DNA of 64,000 nucleotides from an uncultured Actinomycetota bacterium (lineage in GTDB: Bacteria > Actinomycetota > Actinomycetes > Streptomycetales > Streptomycetaceae). The stretch covers positions 72,334-136,333 of the forward strand of contig CAVQGD010000034.1 of the NCBI GenBank assembly GCA_963711935.1, in the 5' to 3' direction. Positions within the stretch are counted from its first letter, which is position 1. The number at the start of each line of letters is the position of its first letter. Positions 1 through 9,932 of this stretch are shown one piece after another. Below the pieces are notes generated by a model, which was given only the letters and a program-made list of their open reading frames with translations, ran no database searches and was not told the DNA's origin. A program made the position numbers and the translations under genes.

Positions 1-761
1 CGCTGTGGTCCGAGGTGAACGTGGTACAGCGCACCGGATCCACCAGCTCCGACCTCGTGGCCCTCGCCGAGGCGGGCAAAGCGGCCGAGGGCGCGGTCCT
101 CGTCGCCGAGGAGCAGAACGCCGGACGCGGGCGGCTGGACCGCGCGTGGACCGCCCCGGCGCGCTCCGGCCTCTTCTTCTCCGTGCTGCTCAAGCCGGCC
201 GAGGTACCCGTCGAACGCTGGGGCTGGGTGCCGCTGCTGACGGGGGTCGCGGTGGCGGCGGGCCTGTCCCGGGCGGCCGGTGTCGATACGGCACTCAAGT
301 GGCCCAACGACCTGCTGGTGACGGTGGGCGACGAGGAACGCAAGGCCGGCGGCATCCTCGCCGAGCGCGCGGGCACCGACGGCGTCGTCGTCGGCATCGG
401 CGTCAACGTCACGCTCCGCGAGGACGAGCTGCCCGTACCCACAGCGGGTTCCCTGGCACTGGCGGGCGCGGTGAACACGGACCGCGACCCCCTGCTGCGG
501 GCCGTCCTGCGCTCGTTGGAACAGTGGTACGGCACGTGGCGCGCCGCCGGGGGCGACCCGGCCGCGAGCGGCCTCCAGGAGACGTACGCGGCGGGCTGCG
601 CGACGCTGGGCCGCAGGGTCCGCGCGGAACTCCCCGGCGACCGCTCGATCACGGGCGAGGCGGTCGCTGTGGACGGCGACGGGCGGTTGGTGCTGGCCAC
701 GGAGCAGGGTGTGCGGGAGCCGGTGGGGGCGGGCGACATCGTTCATCTGCGGGGCGAGTGA
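1..761 (+). CDS. birA: Biotin--[acetyl-CoA-carboxylase] ligase (5' end outside window)
   Basis: Motifs TGSTSSD, AEEQNAGRGRLDRAW, LKWPNDL, KAGGIL, GIGVNV; frame is open to the window edge. Confidence 0.93.
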   Translation, partial: LWSEVNVVQRTGSTSSDLVALAEAGKAAEGAVLVAEEQNAGRGRLDRAWTAPARSGLFFSVLLKPAEVPVERWGWVPLLTGVAVAAGLSRAAGVDTALKWPNDLLVTVGDEERKAGGILAERAGTDGVVVGIGVNVTLREDELPVPTAGSLALAGAVNTDRDPLLRAVLRSLEQWYGTWRAAGGDPAASGLQETYAAGCATLGRRVRAELPGDRSITGEAVAVDGDGRLVLATEQGVREPVGAGDIVHLRGE

Positions 762-765
762 CGCG

Positions 766-1054
766 CAGCCGGGACGGCGGCCGACGTACGACAGGAGCGA
801 CGTACGACAGGAGTGAGCCAGCACACATCTGCCGTGCTGTGCTGACCCGGGGGCCGACCCCCGGACCCCCAGCCGGGACCCCAGCCGGGACGGCGGCCGA
901 CGTACGACAGGAGCGACGTACGACAGGAGTGAGCCAGCACACATCTGCCGTGCTGTGCTGACCCGGGGGCCGACCCCCGGACCCCCAGCCGGGACGGCGG
1001 CCGGCGTACGACAGGAGCGACGTACGACAGGAGTGAGCCAGCACACATCTGCCG
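766..1054 (+). repeat. Three near-identical ~70 bp direct repeats (periods 116 and 104 bp) joined by a small hairpin linker
   Basis: cagccgggacggcggccgacgtacgacaggagcgacgtacgacaggagtgagccagcacacatctgccgt occurs three times; linker contains ccgggggccgacccccgg. Confidence 0.95.
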
Positions 1055-1060
1055 TAGAGT
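1032..1060 (+). promoter_or_regulatory. Crp-like box and putative -10 of the cya promoter
   Basis: AGTGA-gccagc-ACACA at 1032-1047 (8/10 match to TGTGA-N6-TCACA), also at 812-827 and 928-943; TAGAGT at 1055-1060 follows only the last copy. Confidence 0.6.
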
Positions 1061-1107
1061 TGAGGCCGGTCGAAACCTGACCGTGGCAGATCGGAAAGGC
1101 AGCAGGC

Positions 1108-2382
1108 GTGACCGTCGACGACACGGGCTCCGGCACGGGTGCGCACCCCGCTCCCGAGGGTGATCCGGGCCGTACCGCCGGGTCTGTCGGCGACGCGTCG
1201 GCCGCGCGGGTCGACGGGGTCGACCGGGCCGAGGTGCGGGCGCGGGTGGACGCGCCGGTCAGGTCCGGGGGGCCGGGGCAGGCGGACACGCAGCAGGACG
1301 ACCCCGCCGAGAACCCGCTGGCGCTGCAGATCGAACAGCTCATCCTCGGGGCCGAGCGCCGCTACACCCCCTTCCAGGCAGCCCGCAGCGCGGGCGTCTC
1401 CGTGGAGCTGGCCACCCGTTTCTGGCGGGCCATGGGTTTCGCGGACATAGGCCAGGCGAAGGCGCTCACGGAGGCCGACGTCCTCGCTCTGCGCCGGCTC
1501 TCCGGCCTCGTCGAGGCAGGTCTGCTCAGCGAGGCGATGGCGGTGCAGGTGGCCCGCTCCACCGGCCAGACCACGGCCCGGCTGGCCGAATGGCAGATCG
1601 ACTCCTTCCTGGAGGGTCTGACCGAGCCGCCCGAGCCGGGCATGACGCGCACCGAGGTCACGTACCCGCTGGTGGAGCTGCTCCTGCCGGAGCTGGAGGA
1701 GTTCCTCATCTACGTCTGGCGGCGCCAGCTCGCCGCCGCGACCAGCCGGGTCGTGCAGGCGGCCGACGACGAGGAGATGGTCGACCGGCGGCTGGCGGTC
1801 GGCTTCGCGGATCTCGTCGGCTTCACACGGCTGACCAGGCGCATGGAGGAAGAAGAGCTGGGCGAGCTCGTCGAGGCCTTCGAGACCACGGCGGCCGACC
1901 TGGTGGCCGCGAACGGCGGCCGGCTCATCAAGACCCTGGGCGACGAGGTGCTGTACGCAGCGGACGACTCGGGCACGGCCGCCGAGATCGCGCTCCGGCT
2001 CATCGAGACCATGGCGGACGACGAGACGATGCCCGAACTGCGTGTCGGCATCGCGTTCGGCACGGTGACGACGCGGATGGGCGACGTCTTCGGCACGACG
2101 GTGAACCTGGCCTCGCGCCTGACGTCGATAGCACCCAAGGACGCGGTGCTGGTGGACGCCGCGTTCGCCGAGGAGGCCATCCGTACCGGTGACGCCCCCG
2201 CCTCCGAGGCGGTCGCCGCCGAGGCCGCGGCCGCCGCCGAGAAGGAGGGCGAGGAGCCGCCGTCGTACCGCTTCGCGCTCCAGCCGATGTGGCAGCGCTC
2301 CGTGCGGGGGCTGGGCGTCGTCGAACCGTGGCTGCTTACGCGGCGGGCGGGAGCGCCCAGCCAGTCCAGCCAGTCCGGCTGA
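1108..2382 (+). CDS. cya: Class III adenylate cyclase with N-terminal regulatory domain
   Basis: GFADLVGFT, IKTLGDEV, GDVFGTTVNLASRL; lies directly downstream of birA as in other Streptomyces. Confidence 0.92.
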   Translation: MTVDDTGSGTGAHPAPEGDPGRTAGSVGDASAARVDGVDRAEVRARVDAPVRSGGPGQADTQQDDPAENPLALQIEQLILGAERRYTPFQAARSAGVSVELATRFWRAMGFADIGQAKALTEADVLALRRLSGLVEAGLLSEAMAVQVARSTGQTTARLAEWQIDSFLEGLTEPPEPGMTRTEVTYPLVELLLPELEEFLIYVWRRQLAAATSRVVQAADDEEMVDRRLAVGFADLVGFTRLTRRMEEEELGELVEAFETTAADLVAANGGRLIKTLGDEVLYAADDSGTAAEIALRLIETMADDETMPELRVGIAFGTVTTRMGDVFGTTVNLASRLTSIAPKDAVLVDAAFAEEAIRTGDAPASEAVAAEAAAAAEKEGEEPPSYRFALQPMWQRSVRGLGVVEPWLLTRRAGAPSQSSQSG

Positions 2383-2493
2383 CCGAGCGGGGTCCGGCTG
2401 GTCGAGCAGAGTCCGGCTGGGCTTTCCCCGGAGGGGACCGGCTGCGATGATCGGGGCATTCAGGAGTTAACTCGCGTTAACCGGGAGGGTGCC

Positions 2494-3318
2494 ATGGCGG
2501 ACCAAGGGGACGAGCGGGACGGGCGAGACGGGCGGCGGTTCGGGGAGTTCGTGGTCGTGCGGCGGCACGGGTACGTCGCTGAGCTCGTCCTGGACCGGCC
2601 CAAGGCCATGAACGCGGTCTCGACCGGCATGGCCCGCTCCCTCGCCGGCGCCTGCGAGGCCCTCGCCCCCGACCGGGACGTACGGGTGGTCGTGCTGACC
2701 TCCACCCATGAGCGCGCCTTCTGTGTGGGCGCCGACCTGAAGGAGCGGAACTCGTTCAGCGACGCCGACCTCATGCGTCAGCGCCCCGTGGCGCGCGCCG
2801 CGTACACCGGCGTACTGGACCTGCCGATGCCCACGATCGCCGCCGTGCACGGCTTCGCGCTGGGCGGTGGCTTCGAGCTGGCGCTGTCGTGCGATGTGAT
2901 CGTGGCCGACCGTACGGCGGTGGTGGGGCTGCCCGAGGTGTCGGTGGGCGTGATTCCGGGCGGGGGCGGGACGCAGCTGCTGCCGCGCCGGGTCGGGGCC
3001 GCGCGTGCCGCCGAGCTGATCTTCACCGCGCGGCGTCTGGAGGCCGCGGAGGCGCGGGAGTCGGGGCTCGTCGACGTGCTGGTGGACGAGGGACAGGACC
3101 GTACGGAGGCGCTGGCGCTCGCCGGGCGGATGGCCGCGAACTCGCCCGTCGGGCTGCGTGCCGCCAAGCGTGCGCTGCGGCTCGGGCACGGGCTCGATCT
3201 GCGTGCGGGGCTGGAGGTCGAGGACGCGGCGTGGCGGTCCGTCGCCTTCTCCGGGGACCGGGCGGAGGGCGTCGCGGCCTTCAATGAGAAGCGCGCGGCG
3301 AAGTGGCCCGGCGAATAG
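2494..3318 (+). CDS. Enoyl-CoA hydratase/isomerase
   Basis: AFCVGADL, GFALGGGFELALSCD, LPEVSVGVIPGGGGTQ. Confidence 0.93.
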   Translation: MADQGDERDGRDGRRFGEFVVVRRHGYVAELVLDRPKAMNAVSTGMARSLAGACEALAPDRDVRVVVLTSTHERAFCVGADLKERNSFSDADLMRQRPVARAAYTGVLDLPMPTIAAVHGFALGGGFELALSCDVIVADRTAVVGLPEVSVGVIPGGGGTQLLPRRVGAARAAELIFTARRLEAAEARESGLVDVLVDEGQDRTEALALAGRMAANSPVGLRAAKRALRLGHGLDLRAGLEVEDAAWRSVAFSGDRAEGVAAFNEKRAAKWPGE

Positions 3319-3399
3319 GTCCCGCGTCGCACTCGGGCCAGTCACACTCGGGTCAGCCGCCCCCATGCCGCAAAACGCCACGATCCTCCATAACCTGGA

Positions 3400-4656
3400 G
3401 TGATGGGTGAGGACCAGCGGTTGCGGGCCGTGGTGGCGTTGGCACAGGGGATGGCGGCCGCGCATACGCCGCGTGAGGCCTGGCGGGCCGCGGCCACGGG
3501 GGCGTGCCGTGCACTGTCCGGGAGCTTTGCCGCGCTGTCGGCGTGGGAGCGCGACCTGGGCCGGCTGAAGGTGCTCGTGAACGTGGGGAAGAGGGCGCCG
3601 GACGAGGAGGAGTTCCCGGACGGCGAGTCCTACCCCGTGCACCAGTTCCCGGAAATCACGGAGTTCCTGCACGAGCGCTGGGCGGGCGGCATCGGGCCCA
3701 GCGCGTGGATCGAGAGCGTCGAGGGAACGGTCGGGAGCGTCGAGGGGCCGGTCGGGACTATGGAGGGGCCGGTCGAGAGCGTCGAGGGGCCGGTCGAGAG
3801 CGCCGAGGGGCCGGCCGGGCGGCTCGGTGCGGAGGCGTACTGCCCTCAGCGCGTCGCCGCCCTGCGCCGTCGCGGCCGGGGCTGCTGTGTGATCGCGCCG
3901 ATCGTGCTGCACGGGCGTGCGTGGGGCGAGCTGTATGTGGCGCGTCCGGCGGGCGCCGAGGTGTTCCGTACTCAGGACGCGGAGTTCGCGACCGTGCTCG
4001 GGGCCGTCGTCGCGGCCGGGATCGCGCAGAGCGAGCGGCTGGAGGAGGCCCGGCGGCTGGCGTTCACCGATGCGCTGACCGGGCTCGCCAACCGTCGGGC
4101 CGTCGACGTCCGGCTCGGCGAGGCGGTCGAGCGGCACAGGGCCGACGGGACCGTCGTCAGCCTGGTGGTCTGCGATCTGAACGGGCTCAAGCGGGTCAAC
4201 GACACGCACGGGCACGAGGTCGGTGACCGGCTGCTGGAGCGGTTCGGATCGGTGCTGTCGCTGTGCGGGGCGATGCTGCCCGGCACGCTGGCCGCGCGGC
4301 TCGGCGGCGACGAGTTCTGCCTGCTGTCGGTGGGGCCTTCGGCGGACGACGTCGTCAAGGTGGCCGGTGAACTCTGCGGCCGGGCCATGGAGTTGGAGAT
4401 GGGCGAGGGCGTCGCGTGCGGGGTGGCCTCGACGCAGGACCCGATCGGTGTCGTACGGTCGCCGCGCCGGCTGTTCCGTCTCGCGGACGCGGCGCAGTAC
4501 CGGGCGAAGGCGGAGCGGTCGCCGAGGCCGGTGGTGGCGGGCCGGGCGGGCCCGGACGACCCGGTCGTCCGCATCGCGGACCGGCCTCCGACGGCTCCCC
4601 CGCCGACGGGGGACCGGCGCCGTATCCGCGGACGCCGGTCGCGAGGAGACTCCTGA
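3400..4656 (+). CDS. cdgE: GAF-GGDEF diguanylate cyclase (CdgE-like)
   Basis: TDALTGLANRR, DLNGLKRVNDTHGH, ARLGGDEF; N-terminal GAF-like region; position between the hydratase and hutH. Confidence 0.85.
   Translation: MMGEDQRLRAVVALAQGMAAAHTPREAWRAAATGACRALSGSFAALSAWERDLGRLKVLVNVGKRAPDEEEFPDGESYPVHQFPEITEFLHERWAGGIGPSAWIESVEGTVGSVEGPVGTMEGPVESVEGPVESAEGPAGRLGAEAYCPQRVAALRRRGRGCCVIAPIVLHGRAWGELYVARPAGAEVFRTQDAEFATVLGAVVAAGIAQSERLEEARRLAFTDALTGLANRRAVDVRLGEAVERHRADGTVVSLVVCDLNGLKRVNDTHGHEVGDRLLERFGSVLSLCGAMLPGTLAARLGGDEFCLLSVGPSADDVVKVAGELCGRAMELEMGEGVACGVASTQDPIGVVRSPRRLFRLADAAQYRAKAERSPRPVVAGRAGPDDPVVRIADRPPTAPPPTGDRRRIRGRRSRGDS
3712..3812 (+). repeat. In-frame 21-bp tandem repeat (about 5 copies, ESVEGPV) in the GAF region
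   Basis: Variants of gagagcgtcgaggggccggtc. Confidence 0.85.
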
Positions 4657-4658
4657 AC

Positions 4659-4810
4659 GGGTCTCCGAGGTCCTGAGCGGGTCTCCGCGGTCCTCCACGG
4701 TTCTCCGAGGTCCTCCGAGGTCCTCCGAGGTCCTCCGAGGTCCTCCGAGGATCTCCAAGGGTCTCCGCGGTCCTCCACGGTCCTCCGCAGTCCTCCGAGG
4801 TCCTCCGAGA
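4659..4810 (+). repeat. Intergenic 10-bp tandem repeat (about 15 degenerate copies)
   Basis: ggtcctccga units. Confidence 0.9.
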
Positions 4811-4855
4811 TGGGGAGCTCTCTCCCGCGGTAAGGAGCTCTCTCCAAAGCCGGCC

Positions 4856-4892
4856 GTGACATTCATTGATTCAGTCCTTACGATCCTGAATA
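4856..4892 (+). promoter_or_regulatory. Putative leaderless hutH promoter
   Basis: GTGACA (4856-4861), 17-nt spacer, TACGAT (4879-4884), ATG at 4892; no RBS. Confidence 0.7.
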
Positions 4893-6445
4893 TGGATATG
4901 CACTTTGTGGACAAGGTGGTGCTCGGGACGTCCGGCGTCACCACGGCCGAGGTCGTCGCCGTAGCGCGCGGCGGCGCCCGGGTCGAGCTCTCCGAGGAGG
5001 CGGTGGTGGCGCTCGCCGCCGCCCGCGGGATCGTGGACGCGCTGGCGGCCAAGCCGGACCCCGTCTACGGCGTCTCGACCGGTTTCGGCGCCCTCGCCAC
5101 CCGGCACATCAGCCAGGAGCTGCGGGCCCGGCTCCAGCGCAACATCGTCCGCTCGCACGCCGCCGGCATGGGCCCGCGCGTGGAGCGCGAGGTGGTCCGG
5201 GCGCTGATGTTCCTGCGCCTGAAGACGGTCTGCTCAGGTCACACGGGCGTACGGCCCGAAGTCGCGCAGACCATGGCCGACGTGCTGAACGCGGGTATCA
5301 CCCCGGTCGTCCACGAGTACGGCTCGCTGGGCTGCTCCGGCGACCTGGCTCCGCTGTCCCACTGCGCCCTCACGCTCATGGGGGAGGGCGACGCCGAGGG
5401 GCCCGACGGTGTCGTACGGCCGGCCGGTGAGCTGCTGGCCACGTACGGCATCACCCCCGTCGAGCTCCGCGAGAAGGAAGGCCTCGCCCTCCTCAACGGC
5501 ACCGACGGCATGCTCGGCATGTTGATCATGGCCCTCGCCGACCTGGACGTGCTCTACAAGTCGGCGGACGTCACGGCGGCGCTGACCCTGGAGGCCCTGC
5601 TCGGCACCGACAAGGTCCTCGCCCCCGAACTGCACGCCATCCGCCCGCACCCCGGCCAGGGCGCCTCGGCCGCCAACATGCTGGCCGTCCTGAAGGGTTC
5701 GGGCCTGACCGGCCACTACCAGGAGGGCGCGCCCCGCGTCCAGGACGCCTACTCGGTGCGCTGCGCCCCGCAGGTCGCGGGCGCCGGCCGGGACACGATG
5801 GCCCACGCGCGCGTGGTGGCCGAGCGGGAGCTGGCGTCGGCGGTGGACAACCCGGTGGTCCTGCCCGACGGGCGCGTCGAGTCCAACGGGAACTTCCACG
5901 GCGCCCCCGTGGCGTACGTCCTCGACTTCCTCGCCATCGCGGCCGTGGACCTCGCCTCGATCGCGGAACGCCGCACGGACCGCCTCCTCGACAAGAACCG
6001 CAGCCACGGGCTCCCGCCGTTCCTCGCGGACGACGCCGGCGTCGACTCCGGGCTGATGATCGCCCAGTACACGCAGGCGGCCCTCGTGAGCGAGATGAAG
6101 CGGCTCGCGGTCCCCGCCTCGGCCGACTCCATTCCGTCCTCGGCCATGCAGGAGGACCACGTCTCGATGGGCTGGTCCGCGGCCCGCAAGCTGCGTACGG
6201 CGGTCGACAGCCTGACCCGCGTCCTCGCCGTCGAGCTGTACGCCGCCACGCGCGCCATCGAGCTCCGCGAGGGCCTGGCCCCGGCACCGGCCACCCAGGC
6301 GGTCATCGAGGCCGTGCACAAGGCGGGCATCGAGGGGCCGGGCCCGGACCGCTTCCTCGCCCCGGAGCTGGCGGCGGCCGACGTCTTCGTACGGCAGGGG
6401 CGCCTCGTCGCGGCGGTGGAGCCGGTGACCGGGCCGCTTGCCTGA
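4892..6445 (+). CDS. hutH: Histidine ammonia-lyase
   Basis: VYGVSTGFG, GSLGCSGDLAPL (MIO tripeptide), KEGLALLNGT, VQDAYSVRC, GNFHG, QEDHVSMG. Confidence 0.96.
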   Translation: MDMHFVDKVVLGTSGVTTAEVVAVARGGARVELSEEAVVALAAARGIVDALAAKPDPVYGVSTGFGALATRHISQELRARLQRNIVRSHAAGMGPRVEREVVRALMFLRLKTVCSGHTGVRPEVAQTMADVLNAGITPVVHEYGSLGCSGDLAPLSHCALTLMGEGDAEGPDGVVRPAGELLATYGITPVELREKEGLALLNGTDGMLGMLIMALADLDVLYKSADVTAALTLEALLGTDKVLAPELHAIRPHPGQGASAANMLAVLKGSGLTGHYQEGAPRVQDAYSVRCAPQVAGAGRDTMAHARVVAERELASAVDNPVVLPDGRVESNGNFHGAPVAYVLDFLAIAAVDLASIAERRTDRLLDKNRSHGLPPFLADDAGVDSGLMIAQYTQAALVSEMKRLAVPASADSIPSSAMQEDHVSMGWSAARKLRTAVDSLTRVLAVELYAATRAIELREGLAPAPATQAVIEAVHKAGIEGPGPDRFLAPELAAADVFVRQGRLVAAVEPVTGPLA

Positions 6446-6530
6446 GCCGGCCCGAACCCGACGGGGGCCGTGGTCATCGGACGGCGGCCCCCACGCGCGT
6501 GTGCGTTGCGGCCCCCACGCGCGCGTGCGT

Positions 6531-6902
6531 TCAGGAGAGCGCCGTACGTTCCCGGCGGACCGAGTACGCCACGAATCCCGCGCCCACCGCGAGGAACAGA
6601 GTGCCGCCGACGAGGTACGGCGTGGTGTTGATGCTTCCCGTGTCGGCGAGTTGGGTGTCCACGCCGAGGGACTCGGAGGAGCCGGAGAAACCTGAGGAGC
6701 CGGAGAGGCCTGAGGCGTCCGCGTCCGGGGACGTCTCAGTCATCGCGTCCGCCTTCATGGTCGTCAGCTGCTGGTGCTGTGTCCCGTCCTGCGTGGCGGT
6801 CGCGGACGGGACGAACCACAGGGCCGCGAGGAGTGTTCCCGCTGCGGTGGCGGTCAGCAGCGTTCGACGTGCGGTGGACGACGGTCGACGTGCGGCGGAC
6901 AC
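6531..6902 (-). CDS. Small sortase-anchored surface protein (LAXTG type)
   Basis: Signal peptide, LADTG motif, C-terminal TM helix and basic tail. Confidence 0.8.
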   Translation of the reverse strand: MSAARRPSSTARRTLLTATAAGTLLAALWFVPSATATQDGTQHQQLTTMKADAMTETSPDADASGLSGSSGFSGSSESLGVDTQLADTGSINTTPYLVGGTLFLAVGAGFVAYSVRRERTALS

Positions 6903-7012
6903 GAAATATCGATCCCCTTGGGGCGCTGGCGAATTGGCCGGGTAGGACGATGCTAATGAAAACGGCGGGTCGGGGGAAAGTCGCGCGAGCTGTGAGCTTT
7001 ACGCTCCCGCCT

Positions 7013-7355
7013 GCGAATACTTCTGAGACGTCACGGTTCGTCCGGATTCGGGTGGAATGGGTAATTGAGGTCGAGAATGCCGATGTGTTGAGCAAGGCCG
7101 CTGGCGCGCCTCGCTGGTGAGACCGATATGCCGGTGGACGAGCGGCTGCATGCCGAGGGCACGGTGACGGAGGACACAGCGGAGGCCTTCGCGTATCTCG
7201 TCGATCCGTTCGACCTGGTCAGCGAAGTACCCGGGGTCGATCTGGCCCAGGCGTCCTGGAGCAGTGAGCGAATCGACTACGACCCTGATTCGCCTGAGGG
7301 GGGCCTGGACGAGGATGATGTCGGCGAGGACGGAGAGGAAGACGGGCTCGGCTGA
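7013..7355 (+). pseudogene. Degraded conserved acidic hypothetical protein
   Basis: NTSETSRFVRIRVEWVIEV continues in another frame as LARLAGETDMPVDERLHAE...AYLVDPFDL; frameshift near 7100; GCG where a start codon is expected; T-rich codons. Confidence 0.6.
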
Positions 7356-7580
7356 CGCGGGTGGGGAGGATTCATGGCCCCGGGCGGCAACCGCTGCCCG
7401 GGATCTGTCGTCTTATGAGACGCACTGGCTATCCGGAACCCAGCACCAGCCGGTCCGGTCGGCGTGGACCGGCCGTGGACGTGGGGTGCCCCACACATCC
7501 GGAGGATGTGGGAGGGGATTGACGGGCCGTGGCGTTTGAGTTCTTACGGGGATTCCCTGGGCTTTGAGGATTCGGCAACG

Positions 7581-8846
7581 ATGGAGAAGCGTGTGATGAC
7601 GAACAGTAGGCGGCGTAGGGGCCTCGCGGTCGCGTCCGCACTGCTCGGCGGGGTGCTGGTGCTCTCTGCGTGCGGCGGAGGCGACGACAAGGCGTGGGGC
7701 ACCGAAAGCGGGGGCACCTCGCAGGCCAAGGCCGACGAGGCGGCGGCCAGGAAATCCTCCGTGGCCGAGATCAAGATCATGCCGAAGGACGGTTCCGACA
7801 ACGCCTCCATCAACAAAGCCGCCAAGGTCAGTGTGACCAAGGGCACGCTCAAGTCCGTCGAGATGACGAGTGCGGACGGTACGGCTGTCGACGGTGAGAT
7901 ATCCGCCGACAAGAAGCGCTGGGCGTCGAGCGGTCGGCTGGAGCGGGCCACCACGTACAAGATCAAGGCCACCGCTGTGGACTCCAAGGGCCGCGCGGCC
8001 CACGAGAACACCACGTTCACCACCGTCTCCCCGGCCCACAGCTTCCTCGGCTACTTCACGCCGGAGGGCGGCTCCACGGTCGGCGTGGGCATGCCGGTGT
8101 CGATCAACTTCGACAAGGCGATCACCAACAAGGCGGACGTCCAGAAGGGCATCACCGTCACCTCCAGCTCCGGCCAGGAAGTCGTGGGCCACTGGTTCAA
8201 CGCCAATCGGCTCGACTTCCGGCCCGAGGAGTACTGGCAGGAGGACACGACCGTCACGGTGAAGCTGGCGCTCGACGGAGTCGAGGGCGCGGACGGTGTG
8301 TACGGCGTGCAGCAGAAGACGGTCACCTTCACGATCGGCCGGAACCAGGTCTCGGTCGTCGACGCCCAGACCAAGCAGATGCAGGTCATGCAGGACGGGA
8401 AGGTCATCAAGACCATCCCGATCTCCGCCGGTTCGCCTGAGAACAAGACGTACGAGGGCCAGATGGTGATCTCCGAGAAGTTCAAGGAGACCCGGATGAA
8501 CGGGGCGACGGTCGGTTTCAAGGACGACGACGGCAAGGGTGAGTACGACATCAAGGACGTACCGCACGCCATGCGGCTGTCGGCGTCCGGCACCTTCATC
8601 CACGGCAACTACTGGGGCGACGACTCCATCTTCGGCAACGTCAACACCAGCCACGGCTGCATCGGTCTGAAGGACGTCAAGGGCGCGAACGACCCCAACC
8701 AGCCGGCCGCCTGGTTCTACGACCACTCGCTCATCGGTGACGTGGTGATCGTCAACAACACCGGCGACAAGCAGATCGCCCCGGACAACGGCCTCAACGG
8801 CTGGAACATGGACTGGCCTTCGTGGAAGGCGGGGTCGGCGCTCTGA
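7581..8846 (+). CDS. L,D-transpeptidase lipoprotein with Ig-like domains
   Basis: Lipobox LSAC; FIHG...NTSHGC catalytic motif. Confidence 0.93.
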   Translation: MEKRVMTNSRRRRGLAVASALLGGVLVLSACGGGDDKAWGTESGGTSQAKADEAAARKSSVAEIKIMPKDGSDNASINKAAKVSVTKGTLKSVEMTSADGTAVDGEISADKKRWASSGRLERATTYKIKATAVDSKGRAAHENTTFTTVSPAHSFLGYFTPEGGSTVGVGMPVSINFDKAITNKADVQKGITVTSSSGQEVVGHWFNANRLDFRPEEYWQEDTTVTVKLALDGVEGADGVYGVQQKTVTFTIGRNQVSVVDAQTKQMQVMQDGKVIKTIPISAGSPENKTYEGQMVISEKFKETRMNGATVGFKDDDGKGEYDIKDVPHAMRLSASGTFIHGNYWGDDSIFGNVNTSHGCIGLKDVKGANDPNQPAAWFYDHSLIGDVVIVNNTGDKQIAPDNGLNGWNMDWPSWKAGSAL

Positions 8847-8906
8847 AGACGTCTCTGAGAAGACGTCTCTGACGAGCCGACTTCCTGACGCTTCCTGACA
8901 CTTCCT

Positions 8907-8950
8907 GACGGCGGCGGCGCCGGGCCTGACAGCCCGGCGCCGCCGCCGTC
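8907..8950. terminator. GC-rich hairpin between convergent genes
   Basis: gacggcggcggcgccgggc / gcccggcgccgccgccgtc perfect stem. Confidence 0.75.
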
Positions 8951-9087
8951 GTCGTCCCTACCAGCTCCCTAGTCGTGCGCGATCAACCAGCGCACGCCCC
9001 CGGGAGACCAGCCCGGTGTGCGCCAGGCGCGACCTTGACCGTACCCAGGGAACGCCCGTCACTACGAGGGGGCGAGGGGCGGAGAGG

Positions 9088-9759
9088 TCATTCCTCGGTC
9101 GGAGCAGGAGCGATGCCTATCGGGCAGGACAGGCCTGTACCGCCGATCCCGCAGTACCCCGCCGGATTCTTGTCCAGGTACTGCTGGTGATACCCCTCCG
9201 CCGGGTAAAGGTCGCGGCCCTCTGCCGGGAGGATCTCCGTGGTGATCGTGCTGTAGCCGGAGGCGGTGAGGACCTTCTGGTAGGCCTCGCGGGACGCCTC
9301 GGCCGCCGCTGCCTGGGCGGGGGTGTGGGTGTAGATCGCGGAGCGGTACTGCGTGCCGGCGTCGTTGCCCTGGCGGAAGCCCTGCGTGGGGTCGTGGGAC
9401 TCCCAGAAGACCTGGAGCAGACGGTGGTATGAGACGGCGGATGGGTCGTAGACCACGCGGACCACCTCCGTGTGGCCCGTCAGGCCGGAGCAGACCTCTT
9501 CGTACGTGGGGTTCTCGGTGTAACCGCCCTGGTAGCCGACCAGGGTTGTGTAGATCCCCGCCGGGAGCTGCCAGAACTTGCGCTCGGCGCCCCAGAAGCA
9601 GCCCAGGCCGAAGTCGGCGATTTCCAGGCCCTCGGGGTAGGGGCCCAGCAGCGGGTTGCCGAGGACTGTGTGGCGGTCGGGGACCTCGTACTCTCGCGTG
9701 GCCCGGCCCTTGAGCGCCTGCTCGGGGGTGGGCAGCTGGGACGTGCGGCCGAAGAGCAT
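9088..9759 (-). CDS. msrA: Peptide-methionine (S)-S-oxide reductase
   Basis: [36 protein letters not shown]. Confidence 0.96.
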   Translation of the reverse strand: MLFGRTSQLPTPEQALKGRATREYEVPDRHTVLGNPLLGPYPEGLEIADFGLGCFWGAERKFWQLPAGIYTTLVGYQGGYTENPTYEEVCSGLTGHTEVVRVVYDPSAVSYHRLLQVFWESHDPTQGFRQGNDAGTQYRSAIYTHTPAQAAAAEASREAYQKVLTASGYSTITTEILPAEGRDLYPAEGYHQQYLDKNPAGYCGIGGTGLSCPIGIAPAPTEE

Positions 9760-9932
9760 GAGATCTCCCTGTCGCTTCTCGATGTGCGGGCGGCACCAAG
9801 GACAACGCCATGGTGCACAACGTCCATGGTGCCGCCCGGGCATTCCGTGGTGCCGCCCGCACCGGGCGCGTACCGGTCGACCGTGTGGCCGGTCGCGTCG
9901 GGTGCGGACCGGTTCCCTGGTGACGCGTGGTC

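Noticed and set aside
766-1054. CRISPR-like array
   Set aside because: The intervening sequences are copies of each other rather than unique spacers, and there are no cas genes
4223-4891. N-terminal extension of HutH (740-aa ORF)
   Set aside because: Overlaps cdgE and a 10-bp repeat; promoter and homology start at 4892
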